This document shows positions 26,521-36,806 of a stretch of 64,000 nt of DNA, piece by piece. The notes beneath the pieces were generated by a model. It had not been told where the DNA came from and made no database searches. It worked only from the letters and a program-made list of their open reading frames with translations. A program made the position numbers and the translations under genes. The DNA comes from Candidatus Entotheonellaceae bacterium (GTDB lineage Bacteria > Tectomicrobia > Entotheonellia > Entotheonellales > Entotheonellaceae), in the NCBI GenBank assembly GCA_965238075.1, contig OZ250173.1, positions 1,632,001 through 1,696,000 of the forward strand, written 5' to 3'. Every line of letters begins with the position of its first letter. Position 1 is the first letter of the stretch.

Positions 26521-29355
26521 ATGAAACTCATCCGCCGGCAGGACCACGGCGACCCGGCGTTAAAGCCGGGATGGCCGCAAGCCCTGAACCCGCGCCTCGA
26601 CCGGCGTCATTTTCTGCGCGCCGCCGGCCTCGGCGGCCTGGCCGCCTCGATGACGGCGGGCTTGGTCAAGGAAACAGAAGCCGCCCAGGACCCGGAGGCA
26701 TTGAATCTCCCGCAGTTGGAACAAGTCAAAACAATCTGCGGCAACTGTGCCGTCGGCTGCGGCTTCGTGGGCGAGGTGCAGAACGGGGTTTGGGTAGGCC
26801 AGGAGCCGTGGTTCGAGCACCCCATCAACCTCGGCAGCCTGTGCTCCAAGGGCGCTGCGGCGCGCGAGCACGTCATCAGCGAGAAGCGCCTGCGCTATCC
26901 CATGAAGCGCGTCAACGGGCAGTGGCAGCGGCTGTCGTGGGATCAGGCCATGAGCGAGATCGTGGCCAAGCTCCAGGAAATCCGCGAGGAGCACGGGCCA
27001 GACGCCCTCATGCTCCTCGGCTCGGCGCACCACAACAACGAAACCGCCTACGCGCTGCGCAAGTTCGCCGCCTTCTGGGGTTCCAACAACATCGACCACC
27101 AGGCACGCATCTGCCACTCCACCACCGTCGCCGGACTGGCCAATGTGTGGGGCTACGGCGCCATGACCAACTCGATGAACGACATCCGCCACAGCCGCAG
27201 CATCATGATCATCGGCGAGAACGTCTGCACCTCGCACCCCATCGCCATGCAGCACATCCTGACGGCAAAGGAGGTGAACCGGGCGCAGGTGATCGTCGTC
27301 GACCCGCGCTTCAGCAAGACGGCGGCGTTCGCCAACCAGTACGTCCGCCTCCGCTCCGGCACCGACGTGGCGTTCATTTACGGCCTGATTTACATCATTC
27401 TGAAGAACGGCTGGGAAGACAAGCGCATGCTGAACGAGCGCACCTACGGCCTGCAGGCGCTGGTGGACGAGGTGGGTAAGTTCGATCCGGATACGGTGGA
27501 GAACATCACCGGCGTGTCGCCGGCCGAGTTGGAGCGCATTGCCAGAACCATGGCGGACAATCGGCCGGGCACGGTCATCTGGGCGATGGGCGGCACGCAG
27601 CACACCAATGGCACGTCGATCACCCGCTCCTACTGCGCCCTGCAGCTGGTGCTCGGCAACATGGGCGTGCCGGGCGGCGGCACCAACGTCTTCCGCGGCC
27701 ACGACAACGTGCAAGGCGCCACCGACCTCGGGGTGCTCTCCAACACCCTGCCCGGCTACTACGGCTTGGGCGCCGGGGCATGGAATCACTGGGCGAACGT
27801 CTGGGGCACCGACGCGGAGGAGCTGAAGGCGCGCTTCACCAACGAGAAGATGATGCAGAAAGTGGGCTTTACGGTGGCCCGCTGGTACGAGGGCGTGCTG
27901 CTCGACGCCGAGGAACTGGGGCAGGACGTGAACGTCCACGCCGCCTTTTACTGGGGGCACTCGACGAACTGCCAGTCGCAGCTCGACCGCATCAAGCGCG
28001 CCCTGGAAAAGGTGGACCTGCTGGTCGACATCGATCCGTTCGTCACCACCACCTCGATTCTGCCGGACCGCCCGGATGGCGTCTACATCCTGCCGGCGGC
28101 GACGGTCTACGAGCAGTACGGCTCGGTGACCAACTCCAACCGCGACATCCAGTGGCGCAACCGCGTGGTCGCGCCGGTGTGGGAATCGCGCTCCGACTTG
28201 GCCATTCTTCTCGACTTGGCCGAACGCCTGGGATTCAAGGACGGCCTGACCCGCAACACGCAGGCCGCCTGGGAGGGCGTGCCGGAGAGCATGCAGGACG
28301 TGAAGGAACTGCCGGAGGAGACCTACGCGTCGATCATCCGGGAATGGAACCTCGGCATGCGCACCATTGGCATGACCGGACAGACGTACGAGCGCATCAA
28401 ACGCCAGCAGGAATGGGCGCACGCCTTCGACATCAAGACGAAAAAGGCCATCGGTGGGCCGGTGGACGGCGAGCAGTGGGGCCTGCCGTGGCCGTGCTGG
28501 ACCGAGCAGCACCCGGGCACCCACATCCTGTACCGCACCGACATTCCGGTGTCGCAGGGCGGCTTGGGTTTCCGGGCGCGTTGGGGGACGCAGGCGCCGG
28601 ACGGCGACACGCTGCTGGCGGCGAACGGTTCCGCCCCGGCGAGGAGTTCGATCAACGGCGGCTACGCGGAGTTGAAGGACTGGAAGACGGACCTGACGGG
28701 TCAGGTATTCGCGGACGCCATGGCCAAGGAGTTGGCGCCGTTCGGCAATGGCCGCGCGCGGTTCAATTCGTGGAACATTCCCGATCCCGTGCCGGCGCAC
28801 CGCGAGCCGATTCACAGCCCGCGGCCCGACCTGATCGAGCAATGGCCGACGTATGACGACGTGAAGGACCATTACCGCGTGCCAACCCTGTTCAAGAGTC
28901 TGCAAAAGCTGGACTGGGTAAAGGACTACCCGATCATCCTGAGCAGCGGCCGGCAGGTGGAATTCGAGGGCGGCGGCAACAGCGAGCGTGCCTGCTGGTG
29001 GCTGGTGGAGCTACAACCGGAAATGTACGTGGAAATTCACCCCAAGCTGGCAAACGACCATCGCATCAGGCACGGCGACTGGGTATGGATTGAGAGTCCC
29101 GAAGACCAGGACGGCAAGCCGAGCCGCATCAAGGTGAAGGCCAAGGTCACCAAGCGAGTGAACCCCGACATGGTCTATCTACCCTTTCACTGGGGCGGCA
29201 TGCTGGAGGGCGAATCCCTGGCCAGCAAGTACCCCGCGGGTTACGTCCCGTACGGCTTGGGCGAATCTGCCAACATCGTGACCAATTATGGCTATGACCG
29301 GGTGACCCAGATGCAGGAAACCAAGACCGGCCTGTGCCGCATCAGCAAAGCCTGA
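26521..29355 (+). CDS. fdhA: Periplasmic formate dehydrogenase alpha subunit (Mo/W-bisPGD, Cys ligand)
   Basis: Tat motif DRRHFL, CGNCAVGC, LCSKG, DHQARICHSTT, RGHDNVQGATD, MQETKTGLC. Confidence 0.93.
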   Translation: MKLIRRQDHGDPALKPGWPQALNPRLDRRHFLRAAGLGGLAASMTAGLVKETEAAQDPEALNLPQLEQVKTICGNCAVGCGFVGEVQNGVWVGQEPWFEHPINLGSLCSKGAAAREHVISEKRLRYPMKRVNGQWQRLSWDQAMSEIVAKLQEIREEHGPDALMLLGSAHHNNETAYALRKFAAFWGSNNIDHQARICHSTTVAGLANVWGYGAMTNSMNDIRHSRSIMIIGENVCTSHPIAMQHILTAKEVNRAQVIVVDPRFSKTAAFANQYVRLRSGTDVAFIYGLIYIILKNGWEDKRMLNERTYGLQALVDEVGKFDPDTVENITGVSPAELERIARTMADNRPGTVIWAMGGTQHTNGTSITRSYCALQLVLGNMGVPGGGTNVFRGHDNVQGATDLGVLSNTLPGYYGLGAGAWNHWANVWGTDAEELKARFTNEKMMQKVGFTVARWYEGVLLDAEELGQDVNVHAAFYWGHSTNCQSQLDRIKRALEKVDLLVDIDPFVTTTSILPDRPDGVYILPAATVYEQYGSVTNSNRDIQWRNRVVAPVWESRSDLAILLDLAERLGFKDGLTRNTQAAWEGVPESMQDVKELPEETYASIIREWNLGMRTIGMTGQTYERIKRQQEWAHAFDIKTKKAIGGPVDGEQWGLPWPCWTEQHPGTHILYRTDIPVSQGGLGFRARWGTQAPDGDTLLAANGSAPARSSINGGYAELKDWKTDLTGQVFADAMAKELAPFGNGRARFNSWNIPDPVPAHREPIHSPRPDLIEQWPTYDDVKDHYRVPTLFKSLQKLDWVKDYPIILSSGRQVEFEGGGNSERACWWLVELQPEMYVEIHPKLANDHRIRHGDWVWIESPEDQDGKPSRIKVKAKVTKRVNPDMVYLPFHWGGMLEGESLASKYPAGYVPYGLGESANIVTNYGYDRVTQMQETKTGLCRISKA

Positions 29356-29389
29356 GCAGGCGCATACCGCCAAAAAAGGAGCCGAGAGC

Positions 29390-30043
29390 ATGGCACAGAC
29401 GCAAGTAACCATCCCGTTTCGTGAGTCGGAGGGACCCCAGGCAAAGCACGCCCCGGCGCGCTTGAAGTTCTACGTGGACGTGAAACGCTGCATCGAGTGC
29501 GGCGGCTGTGAGGTGGCCTGCAAGAACGAAAACAACGTGCCCGAAGGCATCGCGCGCATCCGCGTCGTGACGGTGAATGAGGGCGAGGCCGGCGAGTCCA
29601 ACGTGGCGGTGCCGTGCATGCACTGCTCCAAGGCGCCGTGCGTGGCGGTGTGTCCGGTGGACGCGTTGTATCACCGCGAAGACGGCATCGTGCAGGTAAA
29701 CAAAGAGACGTGCATCGGTTGCGGGTACTGCCTGTACGCCTGCCCGTTCGGGGCGCCACAGTTTCCCAAATCGTCGCCGTTTGGCGCGCGCGGCGTCATG
29801 GACAAGTGCACGTATTGTGCAGGCGGCCCCGAAGAACCGTTCTCGGACCGTGAGCGTCGGCTGTACGGCTCCAACCGCATCGCCGAGGGCAAGCTGCCCA
29901 TGTGCGCGTCGATCTGTTCGACCAAGGCGCTGGTTGCCGGTGACGGTGAGGAAGTGGCCAACGTGGTGCGTCAGCGTATGGCGGCGCGCGGTTCTGGCGC
30001 TGGCGGCTGGGCCTGGGGGACGGCTTACCCGGAGAGCAAGTAG
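29390..30043 (+). CDS. fdhB: Formate dehydrogenase Fe-S beta subunit (FDH3 type)
   Basis: CIECGGCEVAC, CMHCSKAPC, CIGCGYCLYACPFGAPQFP, MDKCTYCAGGP, NRIAEGKLP. Confidence 0.93.
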   Translation: MAQTQVTIPFRESEGPQAKHAPARLKFYVDVKRCIECGGCEVACKNENNVPEGIARIRVVTVNEGEAGESNVAVPCMHCSKAPCVAVCPVDALYHREDGIVQVNKETCIGCGYCLYACPFGAPQFPKSSPFGARGVMDKCTYCAGGPEEPFSDRERRLYGSNRIAEGKLPMCASICSTKALVAGDGEEVANVVRQRMAARGSGAGGWAWGTAYPESK

Positions 30044-30109
30044 GTCGGAGCAGGGCAGCGGAATCCGATATTTCATCCAGGGCGCCGCGACCGGCCCCGG
30101 AGAGGCAGC

Positions 30110-31120
30110 GTGGAACCGATCATCCTGTGGCAAACGAAATGGAGCTACAGCCTGCACGTACCGCTGTACCTGTTTTTCGGCGGGTTGACGTCGGGGATAT
30201 TTCTGGCTGCCGTGGTCACGGATCTGCTGGAACGCAAGTGGCAGGGCGCTGCATTGGTGTCGAAGGTGTCATCGTATAGTGCCATCGTGACCCTCGCCCT
30301 GGCCGGATTCTTTCTCACCGTGCACCTCGGCAAGCCGGAGCGCGGCCTGGCGTTTCCCCTGTTCTTCACCAACTATGACTCTTGGATGACGCGCGGCGGC
30401 TGGATCGTCGGGGCCGGCACCCTGCTGGTGCTGCTCTACGCCGCCCTATGGTATCGCGGCGGCGCGGCTTGGGTGCGCCGCCTTGTGGGGCTCGTGGGTC
30501 TGCCGGTTCTCCTCATGCTTGCCGTCTACACCGGCTTGCTGCTCAGCAGCGGCACCTTCGTGCCGCTGTGGTCGAGCAAGTACCTGCCTTTCCTGTTCCT
30601 CAATTCCGGCGTCACCACCGGCTTGGCGGCAAGCGGCTTGGTGGGCCTCGTGGCGTTGTGGTTTCGCGGCCCACAGCCGCAGACCGTGCACAGCGTCGTG
30701 CGTTGGATCAGCATGGCCGTGGCGCTGTTCATCCTCTTGGAGTTGTTCGAGATCTACAACTTCATGACCTACCTTGCCGGCTCCGGCCAACACGCCCCCA
30801 CCGGCGAATTTGTGGCTCCCAAAGGCGGCGCGCATGCCTTCCAATACGTCACCCGCGGCGCCTTGGCCCCCTGGTTCTGGTGGGGCGTCATCGGCCTTGG
30901 CCTCACCGTCCCCCTACTCCTCACCCTTGTCGAATTCCTTCTCGACTGCCTCACCCGACCCCTCGGATGGCACAGGGTCCTGTTCACCGCCCCGAAATTC
31001 GCCCTCGTCCTCCTCGGCGGCATCCTTCTGCGCTGCGTCATCGTCTGGGGCGGCGACCTCAGCGCACCGCTTGACTTCCCGCCCTCCGTATGGCCCATCC
31101 CGCCCATTTCCGGCGGGTGA
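30110..31120 (+). CDS. NrfD/PsrC-family membrane anchor
   Basis: YLFFGGL, HLGKPER, SWMTRGGW, YTGLLLS, PLWS, FWWGVI; multiple transmembrane segments. Confidence 0.9.
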   Translation: MEPIILWQTKWSYSLHVPLYLFFGGLTSGIFLAAVVTDLLERKWQGAALVSKVSSYSAIVTLALAGFFLTVHLGKPERGLAFPLFFTNYDSWMTRGGWIVGAGTLLVLLYAALWYRGGAAWVRRLVGLVGLPVLLMLAVYTGLLLSSGTFVPLWSSKYLPFLFLNSGVTTGLAASGLVGLVALWFRGPQPQTVHSVVRWISMAVALFILLELFEIYNFMTYLAGSGQHAPTGEFVAPKGGAHAFQYVTRGALAPWFWWGVIGLGLTVPLLLTLVEFLLDCLTRPLGWHRVLFTAPKFALVLLGGILLRCVIVWGGDLSAPLDFPPSVWPIPPISGG

Positions 31121-31206
31121 TACGGTGCTTCTCCAGCGCAGCACCGTTTTCTTCCGCAACCTGCGTGGCGCGATGGGATGTCGGATGACCTTCGCCCATC
31201 CAACCC

Positions 31207-33024
31207 CTACACAACCTGAAAATATGCTTCCAGATCCGGCAGCGAGACGCCGCTAAGGGCGAGAGGGAGGACGGTGTTCAGGTCCGAATTGTCGCGGAGG
31301 ATGAGGACGGGTTCGAGCCCGAGGTCAGGGATGAGGACGGTCGTTCGGGGACCGCGTTTTTCGACGACAACGCCGACGCCACGCCAATCGGGGTGGGCAA
31401 GCAGGTAAACGAGCGTCCAGTGTCGGCGAGTGAGGCGTTCTGCTTGGTGACGGTTGTAGGTAACGGACTCGGCGGCGCCGACGCGCTCGAGAATCTGTTG
31501 GCTGTCCAGCAGCGGGTCGCCGCGCAAATATGCCCGTAGTTGCTGGTGCACGACCAGGTCCAGGTAGCGTCGCAGGGGACTGGTGGCGCGGACATAAGCG
31601 GCGAGGCCGAGGCCGGCGTGCGGTGCCGGTTCGCCCGTCTGCACGCTGCGCTTCAGGGTGCGCCGCAGGGCAAACATGCCCGCCAGCCCCTCAACCGCCT
31701 GGGGCGCCTCGGGCACGGCCTGGGTAGTAAACGGTAAGGGGATGTTCTGCGCCAAGGCAAACTGTGCCACGGCCTCGCCGGCCCGGAGCATTGCCTCCGC
31801 CACCAGATCCCGGCTTTTCAGGGGCGCCAGCGGCTGCAAGCTGACTTGGCCGTTTTTCACCTGAATCTTCAACTCCGGCAACTCGATGAACACCGCGTCT
31901 TGGGCACGCCGCCGGGCTTGCGACAGCTCAGCCAGACGCATCAGTTCCTTGAACGGCGATTCCTCAAGGCGAGCTTCCACTTCTCCGTAAGTCAACCGCG
32001 TGACACGCACCCAACTCGGCACCATCTCGGTCTTCACGACGCCACCGTCGGCGTTCAACTCCAAGCCGAACGACAGCGCCGGCGATATCTCCTGCAGTCC
32101 CAGCCCCAGCGTGTGGGTGGCCGCGGGCGGCAACATCGGAATGGTGCCCTCCGGCAGGTAGAGATTACAGCCGCGGGCGCGTGCTTCCAGATCCACGTCG
32201 CTGTCCGGCGGCGCCAGAGCAGCCACGTCGGCGACGTGCACCCACAGGCGGTTGTCGTGCCAGCTCAGGGCGTCGTCGGGGTCCTTGCTGCCCTCGTCGT
32301 CGATGGCGAAAGCGTCGAGATGGGTGAGATCAAGCCGCGTCTCATCCGGCAAATCCGGCAGGGCGGCCTGGGGAACGCGGGTGTCCACCTCCAGGCGTTG
32401 CGGATAGGGATTGACAGTAACGTCCCAGTGGCCCAACTCGCACAGTAGGGCGTGGGCGCGCTCGGGGCTCTGCGTCCGGCCCAACTCACGCAGCGCGCGG
32501 CTGCTGGTGCGCTTGTCCAGGGCCAAGGCCTCGACCTCGCCGAGATGTCGGCGGTCTTTGGCCACCAGTTTCCCGGCTCGCAGCCGTCCCATGAAATCGG
32601 ACCAGGCGTGTTCCGCGGCGGCCTTGGCCTCGCGTGCGGCGCGTTTCCGAGCCACTTCCTCTGCCGTGTGCGCAATGATCTCCACCACGGTGCCGCCAAA
32701 GTACAGACCCTCGGCGACGAGCTGCCAGGCCCGCCACGCCGTTGGCGGCGTGTAGGCGCCATAAACCAGCTCGGCCAATTCGGCCAGCGTCGTATTGCCA
32801 CCTGCCAATAGCTCCCATGCCGTCTCCACTTCGCCGTCCTCGGCCCGCAGATCTGCCAGAGCGTGCAGCGGGCCGGGGTGCAGCAGCGCGACGTCCTTGG
32901 GCCGCACTTTCAGCATCTTGCCGTTTTCGAGCTCGATTTCTAAGCTGTCGCCGGCCTGCAGCACGCGGGCCGGACGGTTCTTGAACAGTACCAGACTGTC
33001 GGGCTGAAGGGCGGCGGTGTTCAT
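31207..33024 (-). CDS. RNB-domain exoribonuclease (RNase II family)
   Basis: FAIDDEGSKDPDDALS, VHVADVA, YLPEGTIPMLP, HAGLGL..Y..ATSPLRRYLDL. Confidence 0.92.
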   Translation of the reverse strand: MNTAALQPDSLVLFKNRPARVLQAGDSLEIELENGKMLKVRPKDVALLHPGPLHALADLRAEDGEVETAWELLAGGNTTLAELAELVYGAYTPPTAWRAWQLVAEGLYFGGTVVEIIAHTAEEVARKRAAREAKAAAEHAWSDFMGRLRAGKLVAKDRRHLGEVEALALDKRTSSRALRELGRTQSPERAHALLCELGHWDVTVNPYPQRLEVDTRVPQAALPDLPDETRLDLTHLDAFAIDDEGSKDPDDALSWHDNRLWVHVADVAALAPPDSDVDLEARARGCNLYLPEGTIPMLPPAATHTLGLGLQEISPALSFGLELNADGGVVKTEMVPSWVRVTRLTYGEVEARLEESPFKELMRLAELSQARRRAQDAVFIELPELKIQVKNGQVSLQPLAPLKSRDLVAEAMLRAGEAVAQFALAQNIPLPFTTQAVPEAPQAVEGLAGMFALRRTLKRSVQTGEPAPHAGLGLAAYVRATSPLRRYLDLVVHQQLRAYLRGDPLLDSQQILERVGAAESVTYNRHQAERLTRRHWTLVYLLAHPDWRGVGVVVEKRGPRTTVLIPDLGLEPVLILRDNSDLNTVLPLALSGVSLPDLEAYFQVV

Positions 33025-33065
33025 GGGGGAATTCCTGTGAAAGCGGCGTAACGTGCCGCACCTGT

Positions 33066-34079
33066 TCAGATGAAGCGGTGCAACGTGATGTTCAGGTGGC
33101 GCACGCCGTTCGGGGCCGGGTGGTATTGGACCAGAATCGGACTTTGGTAGGTGCCGTGGAGAATGTGGTTGGACCCGGCCTCCGCACTGTCGGAGACCAG
33201 TAATCGGATGTGGCGCTTGAGGCGCAGGATGCGCTTGGCCGGTGTCGAGAGGGCCGCAAAAATGCGGTCGATCATCGAGCGCCCCACCGGAACTTGATCC
33301 ATCAGGTAGTTGTAGAGCTGCACAACGTCATTGCCGCGCTGGAGCGCGAAGCGCAACGGGTCGATAAGGGCCTGGGGCAAATCGTTGCGCATCAACAGGG
33401 TCTCGTACTCGTTGACGGTCATGCCGACGTGCTTTTCTTCGGGTGCCAGGCGGATGTCGATATAGCCCTTTTCGACGCCGTGTTGCCGTGACCAATCCGC
33501 GACCTGTGAGAAAAGGCCGTAGCGGGGGTCCTTAAGATTAAAGGCCTCGATCGCCCGGCCTTCGCTGACCGGAATCTCCACCCGGCCGCGATGCACCACT
33601 TCCGTGTCGGAATACGCCATGACCGTGGTGCGGCGCTGGCGCAGGTGGTGCTTGTAGATGCCGTCGAGCTCGATGAAATAAACCGGCTCATCGGGGTGAT
33701 GGAGATAAATGACGCAGTTGTTGAGACCGGCGCTGATAAAGGTCAGGTGCGAATCGCCGTTGATCGGCTCCTTTTCCTTTTGGCTCTCGCTGAGCTCGTC
33801 GCGCAGTTGCATGCGGTCGTGAAAATAGCCGGCGTTGTGGGGGAAGATTTTCTGCACGGCGCGGATAAGGGGGGCAAGCTGTTTGGGACTATAGCCCAGG
33901 CGCGCACAGACAGCCTGCTCCAGGTAGCCGGCCGTGGTGTGAAACGAGCAGTATACTGCCTTGCGGTACTGGTTCAGCTCCTCGCCGACTTGGACGCGAA
34001 TCAGGGACGCAACGTCGACGATCTCAAAGCGTCCCTTGGGGCGGATGGCCAAATTAAACTCTACGGGTTGAACGGCCAT
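33066..34079 (-). CDS. Protein with two tandem YjbQ (UPF0047)-like domains
   Basis: Domain 1: HTTAG...P.NAGY.HD...NGDSHL. Domain 2: HVGMTVNE...DL...HGTYQSPILV. Confidence 0.6.
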   Translation of the reverse strand: MAVQPVEFNLAIRPKGRFEIVDVASLIRVQVGEELNQYRKAVYCSFHTTAGYLEQAVCARLGYSPKQLAPLIRAVQKIFPHNAGYFHDRMQLRDELSESQKEKEPINGDSHLTFISAGLNNCVIYLHHPDEPVYFIELDGIYKHHLRQRRTTVMAYSDTEVVHRGRVEIPVSEGRAIEAFNLKDPRYGLFSQVADWSRQHGVEKGYIDIRLAPEEKHVGMTVNEYETLLMRNDLPQALIDPLRFALQRGNDVVQLYNYLMDQVPVGRSMIDRIFAALSTPAKRILRLKRHIRLLVSDSAEAGSNHILHGTYQSPILVQYHPAPNGVRHLNITLHRFI

Positions 34080-34287
34080 GGGATGACTCCTGTCCTGAGG
34101 TAGGACGCTGGGCTCCAGACACCGCTAAAATACACCAGTATCCACCAATTACAAGAAGGAAAGGAAGGCTTGTATTCCCGTCTCTGCTGTGATGGCAGGC
34201 GCGTTAAGGATGTCTCAATAAGCGGTGGAAGGTCAGGTTGGCAAAGTGTAATTTGACATTCCACTAAAGCTTGCGAAAGGTGCCGCC

Positions 34288-35797
34288 ATGGAGCGCACAA
34301 CCTCGAGCAATTTGCGCGGGCCAGATTCGGGGCGGGACAGCCACTTGGCGCGTTTGCTCTTTGAACGCTATGAAACCGATACCCGTTTTTTCGATGAGAC
34401 CTTTGAATCCGCAGAGCAGCCGCGCGCCCACTATCGGATGCTCATCAACGAAATGTGCGGGATGCCGCAGGAAGAGGTAGAGCGGCTGCAGGACCGCGTA
34501 ACCCGTTCATTTCTCCACGAGGGCATTACCTTCACCGTCTATGGCGACGAGGCGTCCATCGAACGGGCTTTCCCCATCGACTTGCGTTCCCCGCCTTTTA
34601 CTCGCCCGGGAATGGGCGCACATTGAGCGTGGCCTTATCCAGCGCGTCCAGGCACTGAACCTCTTTTTGTCGGATGTTTACGATAAGGGACACCTTCTGC
34701 GCGACGGCTCGGTACCGCGCGATCTCGTGTACGGCTGTCCAAACTACCGCCCCGAAATGGAGGGCGTGAACGTTCCGCTCGGGGCCTACGTGTCGGTATG
34801 TGGCAGCGACATCGTGCGGACCGGGGACGGCTTCATGGTGCTGGAGGACAATCTCCGGGTGCCGTCGGGGGTCTCATACATGCTGGCGTGCCGGGATGCG
34901 ATCCGCCGCGCCTTTCCCCAGATCTTCCGGCGCTATCGCGTGCGACCGGTTGAGCACTACGGACAGGAACTCCTGCGGGTGCTTCGCGCCTTGGCGCCCC
35001 GGCAGGGGGAAGAACCGACGATTGCCTTGCTGACGCCCGGCGTTTATAACTCGGCCTACTACGAACACGCCTTCCTCGCCCGGGAAATGGGCATTGAACT
35101 CGTCAAGGGCGACGACCAGCTCGTGCACGGCGGACGGTTGTGCATGCGCACGGTGCTCGGGTTGCATCCTGTGGACGTCCTTTACCGGCGCATCGACGAC
35201 GATTTCATCGACCCGCAAGCCTTCCGTCCCGATTCCCGCCTCGGGGTGCCCGGCCTATTCGAGGTCTATCGTTCCGGTCATGTCGCACTCGCCAACGCGC
35301 CCGGCACCGGCGTGGCAGACGACAAGGCGGTATACGCCTATGTGCCTCGCATGATCCGCTATTACCTCGACCAGGACCCTATCCTCGACAACGTGGAAAC
35401 ACACCTGTGCCGGGAACCCGAAGGGCTGGCCTACACGCTCGAAAACCTCGAGCATCTGGCCGTGAAAGCGGTGGGTGAATCGGGCGGTTACGGCATGCTG
35501 GTGGGCCCCCACGCGAGCCGCGAGGAGCGGGAGGCATTTGCGGACAAACTCTGCGCCAAGCCCGAGAACTACATTTCCCAGCCTACGCTCGCCTTATCGC
35601 GCGCGCCCTGTCTCGTCGAGGGTCGGCTCGAGGCGCGCCACGTGGACCTCAGACCGTTCGTGCTGCACGGGGAAGACACCCGGGTGGTGCCAGGCGGGCT
35701 TTGCCGCGTGGCTCTGCGCAAGGGCAGCCTCGTGGTAATCTCGAGCCAAGGCGGCGGCGCCAAGGACGCCTGGATCCTCGAAGGGGATAAGCCATGA
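34288..35797 (+). pseudogene. Circularly permuted type 2 ATP-grasp protein, frameshifted near 34582
   Basis: GITFTVY...ERAFPID|CVPR, LEDNLRVPSGVSYML, LTPGVYNSAYYEHAFLA, YRRIDDDF, NAPGTGVADDK, ESGGYGM, RHVDLRPF, SSQGGGAKD. Confidence 0.88.
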
Positions 35798-36777
35798 TGC
35801 TTGCGCGGGTGGCTGATTCGTTTTACTGGATGAACCGCTACCTGGAGCGCGTCGAATACATTGCCCGCCTCATCGGGTTGCAGTTGGAGCGCCTCCCTGC
35901 GAGCCCGGCCCGGGACATTGCGGAAGGCTGGCGGCGGCTTTTCCGCAGTCTCGGCACCCAGCCCCCGGGTGCGGATACCTACAGCGGCGCGGCAGACGAG
36001 GACGACTTTCTGTTCGCTGATGGCTATACCTTGACAGACTATCTCACCTTCGAGGCGGCCAATCCCAACTCCATCATGTTCTGCCTGACCGCGGCTCGGG
36101 AAAACGCCCGGCAAGTACGCGACGCCATCAGCAGTGCGATCTGGTCGAGCCTCAACCGCGAGTACCTGCGCTTGCAGGAAATCGCGCTCGTCGACGTCTG
36201 GAGGCGCGACCCCGCCATGCTGTATCGGGACGTCATCCAAGCCGTGCAACTCTTCGACGGCATTTGCGCAGGCTCTATGCGTCAGGACACAGGATGGCAC
36301 TTCATGCGCCTCGGGCGTTTCATCGAGCGCGTCCAGCTCGTTGGCTCTCTTCTCGAAGCGCATTGTGCCGCTACTAAAGATCCTTCCGAGGGAAAAGGCG
36401 ACTGGGTTGGCCTTCTGTGGGCCTGCGATGCTTTTGAAGCCTATTGTCAATTGCACGGTGCCCAGATCAGGGAAGAAAAGGTGTTGGACTTTCTGGTATA
36501 TGATGCCGGGCTGCCCCATGCGTTGTGTTTTGCAGTAAACGGAATTCGGGGCAGTTTGGAAGCAATCGACCCGCCGGCTGCGGGGCGAATTTCCGCGGCG
36601 CCCCATGAGATGGCCGGTCGTCTGGCCTCGATTCTCTCCCGTCAGACAACGAGCCTGGCGGTTGGTGAGAAAGGGAGGAATACCCTCAATGATCTGGTCA
36701 CTTTGTGTCGGGTATGTCATGAGACCCTGGAACGAACTTACATGTCCTGCCCGACGGAATTCGCGTCCGTTCCTTAA
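35794..36777 (+). CDS. Alpha-E domain protein (DUF403)
   Basis: MLARVADSFYWMNRYLER, NPNSI...ARENARQVR, FMRLGRFIER; overlaps the ATP-grasp stop codon. Confidence 0.9.
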   Translation: MMLARVADSFYWMNRYLERVEYIARLIGLQLERLPASPARDIAEGWRRLFRSLGTQPPGADTYSGAADEDDFLFADGYTLTDYLTFEAANPNSIMFCLTAARENARQVRDAISSAIWSSLNREYLRLQEIALVDVWRRDPAMLYRDVIQAVQLFDGICAGSMRQDTGWHFMRLGRFIERVQLVGSLLEAHCAATKDPSEGKGDWVGLLWACDAFEAYCQLHGAQIREEKVLDFLVYDAGLPHALCFAVNGIRGSLEAIDPPAAGRISAAPHEMAGRLASILSRQTTSLAVGEKGRNTLNDLVTLCRVCHETLERTYMSCPTEFASVP

Positions 36778-36806
36778 GCATTGACGAACGCCCACGGGAG
36801 AGACTG

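Noticed and set aside
27100-27130. Selenocysteine in FdhA
   Set aside because: The ligand codon is TGC (RICH) and the ORF has no in-frame TGA.
26560-28905. 781-aa antisense ORF opposite fdhA (and similar long shadow ORFs, e.g. 49847-51337, 40824-42095)
   Set aside because: High-GC codon bias suppresses stops on the antisense strand; no protein motifs are seen.
34080-34287. Possible riboswitch or IS end in the AT-richer divergent intergenic region
   Set aside because: No recognisable aptamer consensus or paired terminal repeat; likely just promoters.
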